NCBI GenBank assembly: GCA_001776545.1
Contig: MFBZ01000020.1
Coordinates: 1-54,574 of the forward strand
Length of the DNA: 54,574 bases
From: Candidatus Curtissbacteria bacterium RIFCSPLOWO2_12_FULL_41_16
GTDB taxonomy: Bacteria > Patescibacteriota > Microgenomatia > Curtissbacterales > GWA2-41-24
Reading direction: 5' to 3'
The notes under the pieces were generated by a model. That model had not been told where the DNA came from, made no database searches, and saw only the letters and a program-made list of their open reading frames with translations. How positions within the stretch are numbered: the stretch's first letter is position 1; every line of letters begins with the position of its first letter. Made by a program: the position numbers and the translations under genes. This document shows, one piece after another, positions 18,362 through 28,215 of this stretch.

Positions 18362-19186
18362 ATGATGGACAACCCTTTAGGCCCGCAATCCCGAGTTTAC
18401 CGAGGGACGAGGACCGCAAGGAAATTGACTGAAGGGAGACTTCCTTATCTTTCCGTAATTATTCCCGCTTACAATGAGGAACCCAATTTTGAAAAAGGAG
18501 TCTTAGCCCAAGTACTTACTTATCTTGGAAAACAGAATTACTCTTATGAAGTAATCATCGTCGATGACGGTTCAGATGATCAAACGGCGCGTTTAGCCGA
18601 TGATTTTGCAGCCTCTCACAAAAATGTCCGCGTCATTAAAAATCCACACCAAGGCAAAGCGGAAACCGTCAAAACCGGAGTTGCCGGAGCCAATGGAGAA
18701 CTGATCCTCTTTACAGACTTTGATCAGGCTACTCCCATATCTGAAATAGAAAAGCTCTTACCGTTTTTTCCCGAATATGACATCGTTATCGGCTCAAGGC
18801 AATTACCCGGCGCCAGGCGCGAGAAAGAGCCATTTTACAGACATTTGATGGGATTGGTATTTAACTTAGTTGTCCAAACCATTGCTGTTCGCGGAATTTG
18901 GGACACTCAAGCCGGTTTCAAATGCTTTAAAAGCCAAGTTGCCGGGGAACTCTTCGGCAAACTAAGAGTTTATGGTCAAGGGGAAAAAGTCAAAGGAGCG
19001 CGAGTTACGGCATTTGATGTCGAGCTTTTATTCATCGCCAAAAAGTCAGGATATAAAATAAAAGAAGTTCCCATAATTTGGCACCACGTAGCATCCACCA
19101 GGGTCAACCCCGTAAAAGACTCCCTGCGAATGTTCCGTGATGTTATCAGGGTCCGTTTAAATGATTTTGCCGGCGTTTACCGATAA
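18362..19186 (+). CDS. Polyprenol-phosphate glucosyltransferase-like GT2 (ALG5/DPG synthase type)
   Basis: LSVIIPAYNEE, VDDGSDD, HQGK, FTDFDQATP, DTQAGFKCF, FDVELL. Confidence 0.85.
   Translation: MMDNPLGPQSRVYRGTRTARKLTEGRLPYLSVIIPAYNEEPNFEKGVLAQVLTYLGKQNYSYEVIIVDDGSDDQTARLADDFAASHKNVRVIKNPHQGKAETVKTGVAGANGELILFTDFDQATPISEIEKLLPFFPEYDIVIGSRQLPGARREKEPFYRHLMGLVFNLVVQTIAVRGIWDTQAGFKCFKSQVAGELFGKLRVYGQGEKVKGARVTAFDVELLFIAKKSGYKIKEVPIIWHHVASTRVNPVKDSLRMFRDVIRVRLNDFAGVYR
18373..18436. repeat. Composite REP-like hairpin in the 5' coding end of the GT2
   Basis: Outer arms CCCTTTAG / CTGAAGGG enclose TCCCGAGTTTACCGAGGGA; encodes an N-terminal extension not typical of GT2. Confidence 0.5.
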
Positions 19187-20555
19187 TTTCCGCAAATTTG
19201 CCAAACTGGCGCTAATCATTATAATTGCTTTATCGTTAAGGATCTCTAAAATAGAGGCCGCCTTCCCGTTCGACTTTGATCAACAAGTACCGGCAGCAAC
19301 AGCCTACGATTTTTTTGTCAATCACAAAATTACTTTAATTGGCCAAGAACTTTCTTTCCCCGGTTTTTTTATTGGGCCACTCTACAACTGGGTTCAATTC
19401 ATTCCTTACGGTTTGTGTAATCTTGCTCCGGATTGTATTCCTTATTTCTCGATTATCCTTGGTTTACTATCCATCGGCCTATTATTCTTGGTATTAAAAA
19501 AAATATTTGACGCAAAAACCGCCCTTATCGCCAGCTCAATCTATGCGTTTTCATTTGCGGCTATCTCACATGAGATAGGTATCAACGGTAACTCCTTCTT
19601 ATTCTTATCATCAATCGGTCTTTTATTTTTTCTATGGAAATATTTTTCAGGGGAAGACAAATATTTTCTTGCTGGGGTTTTTCTTGCCGGCATCATTACA
19701 GTCAACTTCAATCCGATTTTTATCCTTTCAACCGCTGCGTTTTCCCTCTCTGGTTTAATGAGAAGGAATAAGAGCCTCCCATTGTTTTTTGTTGCTCCCT
19801 TCACTTTTCTAGTCAATTATATTCCCCTTATGATCTTTAATTCCCGCCATGATAATATTATTTTGAAGGGCTTGCAAAATTTTATAACAGAAAGCCCAAC
19901 AACATCAGATTATCTTGAGAGATCCGTTTTTCTCTTAAAAAGAGTCGCAATTCCTTTTTATTCTAATTATCTTTTTCAGTCAGTAAATTTAATCTTTATC
20001 CTAGCAACAATATTTCTTATAATTTTCGGTTTTTATGCCTTGTTAAAGACTAAAGAAAGATTTTTATTATTTTTACCTATCTGGATTGCAACTACAGTTT
20101 TAGGACTTGTATTTTATAAAGGGCATATTCCGGATTACTACTTTCAACAAACACTCCTTGCATTTATTATTCTTGTTGCGTTCGCACTAAGACAAAGTCT
20201 AGTTATTTTTGTTTTATTTACAATTGTTTTTCTATTTACAAATATAAATACGGCAGTAAATTATAAGACACCCATTAATTACCGGATTAAAAAAGAAGTC
20301 GTAAACTATATTATCAATGATTCGGCAGGGGAATCATTCAATGTTTATTATGATATGCCGCCCGGCATAAATACCGGCTACAGTTATCTTTTTAAGATCA
20401 AAGAAAAAGAACCCCAAGAGGGTGGTAAAAATCTCTATATTTTGGAATTTAGTGATCCTACGCAATTTACCAGCTATAAATACCATAAGTCATTTCCGGA
20501 CAAAAAAATTAGCGTAAAGGTTACTGGCTTTGTCCATATCGTTTCTGTAAAATAA
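19161..20555 (+). CDS. GT-C fold glycosyltransferase (ArnT-like)
   Basis: LRIS...FDFDQQ, LIGQ, IGPLYNW; polytopic; paralogous to 14542-16059. Confidence 0.7.
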   Translation: MILPAFTDNFRKFAKLALIIIIALSLRISKIEAAFPFDFDQQVPAATAYDFFVNHKITLIGQELSFPGFFIGPLYNWVQFIPYGLCNLAPDCIPYFSIILGLLSIGLLFLVLKKIFDAKTALIASSIYAFSFAAISHEIGINGNSFLFLSSIGLLFFLWKYFSGEDKYFLAGVFLAGIITVNFNPIFILSTAAFSLSGLMRRNKSLPLFFVAPFTFLVNYIPLMIFNSRHDNIILKGLQNFITESPTTSDYLERSVFLLKRVAIPFYSNYLFQSVNLIFILATIFLIIFGFYALLKTKERFLLFLPIWIATTVLGLVFYKGHIPDYYFQQTLLAFIILVAFALRQSLVIFVLFTIVFLFTNINTAVNYKTPINYRIKKEVVNYIINDSAGESFNVYYDMPPGINTGYSYLFKIKEKEPQEGGKNLYILEFSDPTQFTSYKYHKSFPDKKISVKVTGFVHIVSVK

Positions 20556-20563
20556 TACGAAAC

Positions 20564-21784
20564 ATGTCTCGCCTTGAGAAAACTCTTCTTGCCGAAAACA
20601 TCATCTTCTATGGACTTCTAAGCGTTTTCTCCTACGCTTACGTAGATCTGAACCTTACTCTTTCCCAAAATCCTATTGTTATAAACTTTGTTAATTTTAT
20701 GCAACAACTTGGTTATTTTCACAGGCCTGTCGCTACATCGATTTATGTTTTTTTTATAATTTTTGCTTTTTCGTTTTTCATTTTTAATTTGTGGCTTTTT
20801 TATAAATTAAAAATCGGCACCACTTATTTGAAGATTTCAACAGTCGTCAATACCTTAATACTGATTTTCGCTTATCCTTTCCTGTCTTCGGATCTTTTTA
20901 ATTATCTTTTTGACGCCAAAATTATTCTTGTCTATCACGCAAATCCCTACACCGTCAAACCATTGGATTTTCCCCAAGATGAGTGGTTAAGGTTTATGCG
21001 TTGGGTGCATCGATATTCCCCATATGGACCTCTTTGGCTTAGTATGTCACTAATTCCGGCAATACTGGGTTTTGGCAAATTTATTCTGAATTTTTTAACC
21101 TTTAAGATCTTTATCAGTATTTTTCACCTGATTAATGCTTATTTGGTTTTTAAAATTTTGCAAAAAATTAACCCAAAATCAGTTCTTTTTGGAACCGCTT
21201 TTTATGCTATCAATCCCTTGTTTTTAATTGAAGGAATTGTCAATGCCCACAATGATGTTGTTCTAGCTACTTTTTTAATTAGCTCAGTCTATTTTTTCGT
21301 TTGCAGAAAAACAGTTTGGTCTTATGTGGCACTACTGGCTGGTACTTTGATCAAATATATACCCGTTCTCAACTTACCCTGGTTATTGTTGACTTCCCTT
21401 TATCCAAAATTTGGCAATAGCAATAAATTGGAAAAATTTAAATGGCTAATTTGGACCAATTTAGCTGCAATGGCGGCCTTTACTTATTTATTCTCTTCAT
21501 TTCGAATCACAGTTCCTTTTGTATCCTCAGGCGCAACCCAAGTTCAATTCCAGCCATGGTATTTGTTTTGGACGATCCCTTTTATTGCTCTTGTCCCAAG
21601 AGCTTACTTTATTGTTGCAGCCACTATTATCTGCCTTGGCGCAAGTCTTAGGTACATTCCATATCTTTATTATGGAGATTGGTCCCAAAAGGGAACTGGC
21701 GGTTTTATGATGAGTCTTATGGTAATTTCACTGATTATTGCACTTATTATTATTGCTCCCAACCTAAAGTTTCAGAAAAAATGA
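20564..21784 (+). CDS. Polytopic GT-C protein resembling MptA/MptB polyprenol-phosphomannose-dependent mannosyltransferases
   Basis: LSSDLFNY, NPY..P, SPYGPLW, NP......NAHNDV, IKY, FQPWYLFW. Confidence 0.75.
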   Translation: MSRLEKTLLAENIIFYGLLSVFSYAYVDLNLTLSQNPIVINFVNFMQQLGYFHRPVATSIYVFFIIFAFSFFIFNLWLFYKLKIGTTYLKISTVVNTLILIFAYPFLSSDLFNYLFDAKIILVYHANPYTVKPLDFPQDEWLRFMRWVHRYSPYGPLWLSMSLIPAILGFGKFILNFLTFKIFISIFHLINAYLVFKILQKINPKSVLFGTAFYAINPLFLIEGIVNAHNDVVLATFLISSVYFFVCRKTVWSYVALLAGTLIKYIPVLNLPWLLLTSLYPKFGNSNKLEKFKWLIWTNLAAMAAFTYLFSSFRITVPFVSSGATQVQFQPWYLFWTIPFIALVPRAYFIVAATIICLGASLRYIPYLYYGDWSQKGTGGFMMSLMVISLIIALIIIAPNLKFQKK

Positions 21785-24213
21785 TTAAAAGACAAAACCT
21801 CGCACCAGTCGTTTTTATTTTTCTGGTTACTTGTTTAATTTTCTTCAAGATTTTTCTTAAAGGGCTTTATCCGATTCCCGCAGATCTTTTAGTTTCTTTT
21901 TATTTTCCTTGGTATTCCGGCGGTTGGGAAGGTTATAACCCATGGACCACCCACAAGGAAATGTTAGGGGCAGACAGCATCCGTCAGATTTATCTCTGGA
22001 AAGAATTTGCCGCCGAAAGTTTTAGAAGTGGCCAATTCCCGCTTTGGAATCCGTACACATTTTCCGGCCAGCCTCTTTTGGCTAACTTTCAGTCTAGCGT
22101 TTACTATCCTCTCAACGTCTTTTATTTCCTGACAGACCCCAAAAATGCCTGGATTCTTTTGATTGTTACTCAACCGTTTTTAGGCGGAATTTTTATGTAT
22201 ATGGCCCTCAGAAGCTTCAAAATCTCATCCGTCCCTTCAGTTTTTGCCGCAGTTGCCTTTATGTTCTCAAGCTATCTTGTAACCTGGATGGAAAATGGTA
22301 ATATCTCCCACGCCTATATTTGGCTGCCACTGGCCTTTTGGGCAATTAATAACTTTTTTGAAAATCGCGAGCTTTCAGGTGGATTCAGATATATTTTAAT
22401 TTTGATTCTCTCCCTTTCGTTTTCTATTCTCGCCGGACATCCTCAAACGGCTATTTATTTATACATGGTCACCTTTTTATTTTGGGTTTACAAAACCTGG
22501 GAATCCAAAAACCAAAAACTTGTCTTGGCCGCCCGCTATTTTTTAGTGGTGGCAACCACTATTTTTGTCACGGCGATTCAGTTAATTCCTGTTTATCAGT
22601 TTTATCAAAACTCGCCGATTTCCCTACCCTTTTCTAAAGAAGTTTTTGAAAAAAGTATCATGCCATACAAAAATTTGGTAACTTTTTTTGCCAGCGATTT
22701 TTTTGGCCACCCGGCTACAGGTAATTTCTGGAGCCAGACTTATGGCGATTTCACCCCTTATTTCGGCGTGATTCCCTTAGTTTTTGCAATCTGGGGAATT
22801 TTTAGATTTTGGAAAAATTCGTTTGTAAAATTTGCAACTTTTGTCTCCGTTATTTTTATTTTATCCGCCGTTCGCGGGCCGATAACTTGGTTTATTAAAA
22901 CTTTTCAGATTCCACTTCTGGATTCGACTACTCCTTCAAGGTTTATTTCAATTTCAATATTTCTTCTGATAATTCTCTCCGCCTTTGGTTTTGAAGATTT
23001 TATTCAAAATATTCACAATAAAAAGTATTTAAAAAAATTTTTCACTTTTTTAATTCCATTCTTAGTAATATACGGAATTCTTTGGTTATTCGCAATTTTT
23101 GGGCATTTCTTCCTAAAACCGCAGGACACATGGAAGATTAATCTTTCGGTCACGCGTAGAAATCTCATCCTGCCAACTTTAATGTTTATCTCAATACCTT
23201 TACTCGGTTCAATGATTCAAATCATTAAACTAAAGACTAAACTGTCGGCTTATTGGCTAAAAACCCTTTTTGTTGTAAGTATTTTAACAGTGATAGTCGT
23301 CGGAGGAATCTACTATACTAATAAGTTTTTACCAGTTGCACCAAAGAAATTTATATTTCCGGATCATCCGCTTTTTTACTGGTTGCAGCACGCTGCGGGC
23401 ATAGACAGATTCTATGGCGGGGGCACTGCTCACATAGATTTCAACTCCCCGACACATTATAAAGTTTATGGCGCTGAAGGTTATGATACTTTAAGACTGC
23501 AAAGATATGCCCAGCTTCTGGCATCTGGCTTTTTGGGGAAAGTTCCCGAATCATATTTAAGGTCAGATGGTGTATTCTCTAATGAAGAAAACGGGTATCG
23601 CCGAAGGCTTTTTGAGCTTTTAGGAGTCAAATACCTGTTAGATAAAGAGGATAACCCAAAAACTGGTGCAGACTGGCATTACGAACGGTTTCCAGGCGAC
23701 AATGTCCGGGGATTTTGGCAGTACGACAAATTTCAAGTTTACATGCGCCAACCGACATTACCAAGAGTTTTTCAAACGACAAAATATTATGTTGCCAAAA
23801 GCGATAAGGAGATTATCGAAAAAATATACGACCAAAATTTTAGTCTTCAAACACTCATTCTCGAAAAAGAACCACCGATTAAAATCTCACCCGTCGAGGA
23901 AGAAATCTTCGAACCGCAACTGGTCAAATACGAACCAAATGAAATCAAAATTACCACAAATTATGATTATAACTCGCTTTTATTTATCTCAGATGCCTTT
24001 GATCCTGACTGGCAAGTCTATCTTGACGGTAAACCCTGGCAACTTTTGAGAGCCCACTATGCTTTAAGATCAACACCAGTCCCAAAAGGCAAGCACCTAA
24101 TTATTTTTAAATATCAACCCAAATCTTTTAATATTGGCGTTTATACATCATCATTATCTTTCATTGGACTTCTAGTCTTTAGTGTTTACTTGATTATTAA
24201 AAGAAAATTTTAA
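21781..24213 (+). CDS. YfhO-family membrane glycosyltransferase-like protein
   Basis: PLWNPYTFSGQPLLAN.QS..YYP, LAGHPQ, GYD, LGVKY, LPR, C-terminal W..Y.DG...V.KG.H...F.Y.P. Confidence 0.8.
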   Translation: MIKRQNLAPVVFIFLVTCLIFFKIFLKGLYPIPADLLVSFYFPWYSGGWEGYNPWTTHKEMLGADSIRQIYLWKEFAAESFRSGQFPLWNPYTFSGQPLLANFQSSVYYPLNVFYFLTDPKNAWILLIVTQPFLGGIFMYMALRSFKISSVPSVFAAVAFMFSSYLVTWMENGNISHAYIWLPLAFWAINNFFENRELSGGFRYILILILSLSFSILAGHPQTAIYLYMVTFLFWVYKTWESKNQKLVLAARYFLVVATTIFVTAIQLIPVYQFYQNSPISLPFSKEVFEKSIMPYKNLVTFFASDFFGHPATGNFWSQTYGDFTPYFGVIPLVFAIWGIFRFWKNSFVKFATFVSVIFILSAVRGPITWFIKTFQIPLLDSTTPSRFISISIFLLIILSAFGFEDFIQNIHNKKYLKKFFTFLIPFLVIYGILWLFAIFGHFFLKPQDTWKINLSVTRRNLILPTLMFISIPLLGSMIQIIKLKTKLSAYWLKTLFVVSILTVIVVGGIYYTNKFLPVAPKKFIFPDHPLFYWLQHAAGIDRFYGGGTAHIDFNSPTHYKVYGAEGYDTLRLQRYAQLLASGFLGKVPESYLRSDGVFSNEENGYRRRLFELLGVKYLLDKEDNPKTGADWHYERFPGDNVRGFWQYDKFQVYMRQPTLPRVFQTTKYYVAKSDKEIIEKIYDQNFSLQTLILEKEPPIKISPVEEEIFEPQLVKYEPNEIKITTNYDYNSLLFISDAFDPDWQVYLDGKPWQLLRAHYALRSTPVPKGKHLIIFKYQPKSFNIGVYTSSLSFIGLLVFSVYLIIKRKF

Positions 24214-24241
24214 TAACTTTTAAACAAGGTCTAAATTAGTT

Positions 24242-25828
24242 ATGAAAAACCATCTAATCATCTTGATTCTATTATCCATAATCGCTCTCTGGCCGTTTTT
24301 TAAAAAAGGATATTTTGAAAGTCACGACGGGGAATGGATGGTTATCCGGTTTTCGGCATTTCACCAAACTTTGTCAGCCGGTCAGTTTCCGGTCAGATTT
24401 GTTGACCGCCTGAACAATAATTACGGTTATCCTGTTTTAAACTTCCTCTATCCGCTGCCATTTTATTTTGCAGAAATCCCCAAAGCCCTTGGATTTGGCT
24501 TCGTAGATAGTGTCAAAATAATATTCGTCTTCTCGACAGTGTCCTCTGTGGTTACCATGTACTGGGCACTATCCCAGGTTTTTGACAAAAGAGCCGGTTT
24601 TGCCGGAGCCGCGCTATATTTATTCGTTCCCTATCGTTTCCTTGATCTTTACGTCAGAGGCAGTCTTGGCGAAGGCGTTGCTTTTATGTTTGTACCATTA
24701 ATTCTCGGAAGCATTTTTAAAATCAAAAAAGGTCAAAAGATTTTCCTGCCAATTCTTGCGTTTGCTACTGCCGGTCTTATCCTGTCCCACAATGTCACGG
24801 CAGCAGTCTTCATCCCGTTTTTTGTATTTTTCAGCTATCTTGTGACCAAAAAACTCAGGATGTTTTTATCAGCTTATGTCCTTGGTATCGCGATGTCATC
24901 CTTCTTTATAATTCCCGCTCTTCACGATTTACGCTATGTAAAGCTCTCACAGATCAGAATCTCAGAGCTGCAAGACCACTTAGTCAGCCTTCATAAATTA
25001 ATCATCCCATCATGGGGCTATGGTCCTAATCCCAACAGTCCTGACGGACTCTCGCCTCAGCTGGGGATTGTCACCGTCGGCATTTTTGCAATCACCCTAT
25101 TTCTGGTTGTCACCCGAAAAATTAAAGACAGGCTGATCATCTATTGTTTGTTAGCCGTCGTCCTGTCGGCGGTCTTAATGACCAAAACCTCGCTACCTGT
25201 CTGGCAGGCTATACCGTCTGCTGATATTATCCAGTTTCCCTGGAGATTGCTGTCAGCAGTTGTATTTATCGCCGCCTTCCTGGCAGCTTATCAAGTCAAC
25301 ATATCTGAAAAGAAAAGTCTTCTTGCGGTACTCGTTGTTATTGCCGCCTTCGTCTCTACCATACTCTATACCAAGCCAGCCGTCTTTGTTGCCAGGGGAG
25401 ATAGTTTTTACTCCACCAACGAGGACACCACCACTGTCCGTGACGAATATTTGCCCTTATGGGTTAAAGAAAAAAAACAGAACAGGGCTTACAAGAAGAT
25501 CGAAATTATCGGTGATGGCCAAATTATACGAGAAAATATACAAGCATCAAAATACCAAGCTATTATTAGCGCAAAAGAGAATATCCAAGTAGTGGTTAAT
25601 ACTATTTATTTTCCAGGACACCAAGTAAAAGCTTATGGACTAGAAGCGCCAATCAAATACGACAATCAATATGGCCTTATCACATTTCAATTGCCAGAAG
25701 GGAATCGCACAGTTATAATCAGCTATGGTAGGTCTCCTATCCATCTAATAAGCGAAGCGATATCACTGGCAGCTTTGTTTACTGGTGGAGGCTACTTTTA
25801 TTATTTATGGCGAAAGCAAAATTCTTAG
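24242..25828 (+). CDS. Membrane protein, 6-pyruvoyl-tetrahydropterin-synthase-related / GT-C-like family
   Basis: SHDGEW, GQFPVRF, YGYPVLNFLYP, PYR..DLYVRG.LGE, LSHN, QFPWR, EYLP, YFPG. Confidence 0.75.
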   Translation: MKNHLIILILLSIIALWPFFKKGYFESHDGEWMVIRFSAFHQTLSAGQFPVRFVDRLNNNYGYPVLNFLYPLPFYFAEIPKALGFGFVDSVKIIFVFSTVSSVVTMYWALSQVFDKRAGFAGAALYLFVPYRFLDLYVRGSLGEGVAFMFVPLILGSIFKIKKGQKIFLPILAFATAGLILSHNVTAAVFIPFFVFFSYLVTKKLRMFLSAYVLGIAMSSFFIIPALHDLRYVKLSQIRISELQDHLVSLHKLIIPSWGYGPNPNSPDGLSPQLGIVTVGIFAITLFLVVTRKIKDRLIIYCLLAVVLSAVLMTKTSLPVWQAIPSADIIQFPWRLLSAVVFIAAFLAAYQVNISEKKSLLAVLVVIAAFVSTILYTKPAVFVARGDSFYSTNEDTTTVRDEYLPLWVKEKKQNRAYKKIEIIGDGQIIRENIQASKYQAIISAKENIQVVVNTIYFPGHQVKAYGLEAPIKYDNQYGLITFQLPEGNRTVIISYGRSPIHLISEAISLAALFTGGGYFYYLWRKQNS

Positions 25829-25851
25829 TAACAGGTGACGCCGGCTTTTAG
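25807..25851 (+). pseudogene. Dead 5' fragment of an NAD-dependent epimerase (MAKAKFLVTGDAGF*)
   Basis: Near-copy of the start of the next gene (SKIKFLVTGGAGFIG), with a G-to-D change and a TAG. Confidence 0.6.
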
Positions 25852-25950
25852 TCTTTTGTAGCCGTTATGGGCTTTTGTAAAAACGTCCATAATAGCGAAA
25901 AAAGCGCAAAACGGAGTGATCAGAAAGATGATTTATATGCTGGGGGACAA

Positions 25951-26928
25951 TTGAGTAAGATTAAGTTCTTAGTAACCGGCGGAGCCGGATTTATTGGTTC
26001 CGAAATTGTTAGGCAACTTTTAGACGCCGGTTATTATGTTCGCGTTGCTGACGATCTTTCTAAAAAGGATATCCAAGTCGACAGGCGGGCAGAATTTGTA
26101 AGGGTAGACTTAACCGATTATCAAAAAACCCAAAAAGTTTTTGAAAGTGTTGATATTGTTATTGCCGCTGCTGCCAAAATCGGCGGTATTGGTTACTTTC
26201 ACAAATACCCGGCTACAATTCTTTCGGAAAATAACAAAATCTACAGCAGCACCTTTGAAGCTGCAGTCAAAAACGGTATCAAAAGATTCGTTTATATTTC
26301 ATCTTCAATGGTTTTTGAATCAGCGAGCACTTTTCCATCCAAAGAGGAAGACGTCAGAGTTATCCCGCCGCCCATCACTTCTTATGGTTTCGCAAAACTC
26401 AGCGGTGAATGGTACTGTCATGCCTTTTGGGACGAGTATAAACTCCCTTTTTCGATCTGTCGCCCTTTTAATGCCTATGGCATCAATGAATTTCCCGAAA
26501 GAGAAATCGGTTATGCCCATGTGATACCGGATCTGGTCAGAAAAATTCTTAACGGACAGTACCCGCTCGAACTGTTAGGCGATGGTAATCAGACTCGCTG
26601 CTTTACCCATGTTTCAGACGTTGCGGGTGGTATCACCACAGTTGCTCTTAACCCCAAGGCCAAAAACCAGGATTTTAATATTGGGCAAGATTCAGAAATT
26701 AAAATGATTGATTTAGCAAAAAAAATCTGGGAAATAATGGAAGTTAAAAAACCATTTAAAGCGAAATTTATCCCAGGCTTTAAGTATGACATTAAAAGGC
26801 GTGTTCCGGCCGTATCAAAAGCAAAGAGACTACTTGGCTGGGAACCAAAAGTTAAATTAAAAGAAGGACTAAAGGAGGTTATTAATTGGTTAAAAGAACA
26901 AAAACTCCAGGGAAAAATCGAAAACTAA
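25951..26928 (+). CDS. NAD-dependent nucleotide-sugar epimerase/dehydratase
   Basis: VTGGAGFIGS, AAKIGGI, YISSSMVF, YGFAK, RPFNAYG, GNQTRCFT. TTG start chosen after GGGGG; the ORF track starts at 25867. Confidence 0.85.
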   Translation: MSKIKFLVTGGAGFIGSEIVRQLLDAGYYVRVADDLSKKDIQVDRRAEFVRVDLTDYQKTQKVFESVDIVIAAAAKIGGIGYFHKYPATILSENNKIYSSTFEAAVKNGIKRFVYISSSMVFESASTFPSKEEDVRVIPPPITSYGFAKLSGEWYCHAFWDEYKLPFSICRPFNAYGINEFPEREIGYAHVIPDLVRKILNGQYPLELLGDGNQTRCFTHVSDVAGGITTVALNPKAKNQDFNIGQDSEIKMIDLAKKIWEIMEVKKPFKAKFIPGFKYDIKRRVPAVSKAKRLLGWEPKVKLKEGLKEVINWLKEQKLQGKIEN

Positions 26929-28214
26929 CCATTACCGTTGTCGGAACAGGCAGAGTCGGATTGCCGCTTTCAATATTTCTTTCAACCATGGGTCATCTTG
27001 TTTACGGCATCGATACCGATCAAGCGAAGGTCGATTTTATCAACAAGGCCCGGATGCCTTTTTTAGAAGAAGGGGCAGAGCCTTTACTACAAAAATATCT
27101 TGGCCAATCACTTTTCTTCTCCACGGATTTTTCCACTATCGCCCGCGCTAAAGTCATTATTTTAACCCTGGGTACCCCCGTTGATGAAAACATGAATCCT
27201 TCTTTAGTGCAGATAGATAAGGCTCTTGATACCGCCAAACCTCATTTTAAAAAAGGACAACTTTTGATATTGCGCTCAACCGTTTCTCCGGGTACTACCG
27301 AATACGTCAGATCGTATCTTACGGAGGCGGGATTCAAAATTGGTAGCGATTTCTTCCTGGCTTTTTGTCCGGAGAGAATCGCTGAAGGCAGATCTTTGGC
27401 GGAACTTGCCGAAATCCCGCAAATCGTTGGAGGAGTCGAAAGATTAAGTACTCAAAAAGCTGCCGAGTTTTTTGGGAGTCTTAATATTGAAGTCAACCTC
27501 ACCGATAGTGTTTCTGCGGAACTTGCTAAGCTTTTTACCAATATGTATCGTTATATCAACTTTGCCATTGCCAACGAGTTTATGATTTTAGCAGGTAATT
27601 ATCACAGGGATATTTACCAAATTGTTGATCTTGTAAATCGAAACTATAAACGAGGAGGCCTTGCTTTACCTGGATTGACCGGAGGCCCATGTCTTTTTAA
27701 AGACGGATTTTTCCTGGTGGGAGATGTTCCTTTCCCGGACCTTATCGTAAACAGTTGGAAGATTAATGAATCCATTCCGCTTTTTCTAATAAAAAAAGTC
27801 AGGGAAAGGATCAGGCTTGAAGGAAAAAAAACAGTTATTCTGGGATTGGCATTTAAAGCTGAAATTGACGACATTCGCGAGTCGCTGGCTTTTAAGGTTA
27901 AAAAAGCACTGGAAAGAGAAAGGGCCAAGGTTTTCTTGCACGATCCATATGTTCCAGGCTATCAAAACAATTTAGAAGAAATCACCAAAGATGCGGATCT
28001 TATCTTCTTGGCAACCAATCACGAGTTCTACAAAAAATTAGATATTGCGCATGTCCGCAAATTGGTCTCTAAAAATTGTGTCGTTTGTGATGTTTGGAAT
28101 ATTTTCAAAACAAACAAGATTATTTTTACTATCAAATCCCTGGAGAGTCATTTGGCCAAAACCCCAATTGAGGGCTTAGGTGACATTTTTGAATCCAAAT
28201 GGCGCGATGTTTGA
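26886..28214 (+). CDS. Nucleotide-sugar 6-dehydrogenase (WecC/UDP-HexNAc type)
   Basis: GTGRVGLP, LGTP, RSTVSPGTT, CPERIAEG, AELAKLFTN, GGPCLFKD, LAFKAEIDDIRES. Confidence 0.85.
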   Translation: MVKRTKTPGKNRKLTITVVGTGRVGLPLSIFLSTMGHLVYGIDTDQAKVDFINKARMPFLEEGAEPLLQKYLGQSLFFSTDFSTIARAKVIILTLGTPVDENMNPSLVQIDKALDTAKPHFKKGQLLILRSTVSPGTTEYVRSYLTEAGFKIGSDFFLAFCPERIAEGRSLAELAEIPQIVGGVERLSTQKAAEFFGSLNIEVNLTDSVSAELAKLFTNMYRYINFAIANEFMILAGNYHRDIYQIVDLVNRNYKRGGLALPGLTGGPCLFKDGFFLVGDVPFPDLIVNSWKINESIPLFLIKKVRERIRLEGKKTVILGLAFKAEIDDIRESLAFKVKKALERERAKVFLHDPYVPGYQNNLEEITKDADLIFLATNHEFYKKLDIAHVRKLVSKNCVVCDVWNIFKTNKIIFTIKSLESHLAKTPIEGLGDIFESKWRDV

Positions 28215-28215
28215 T

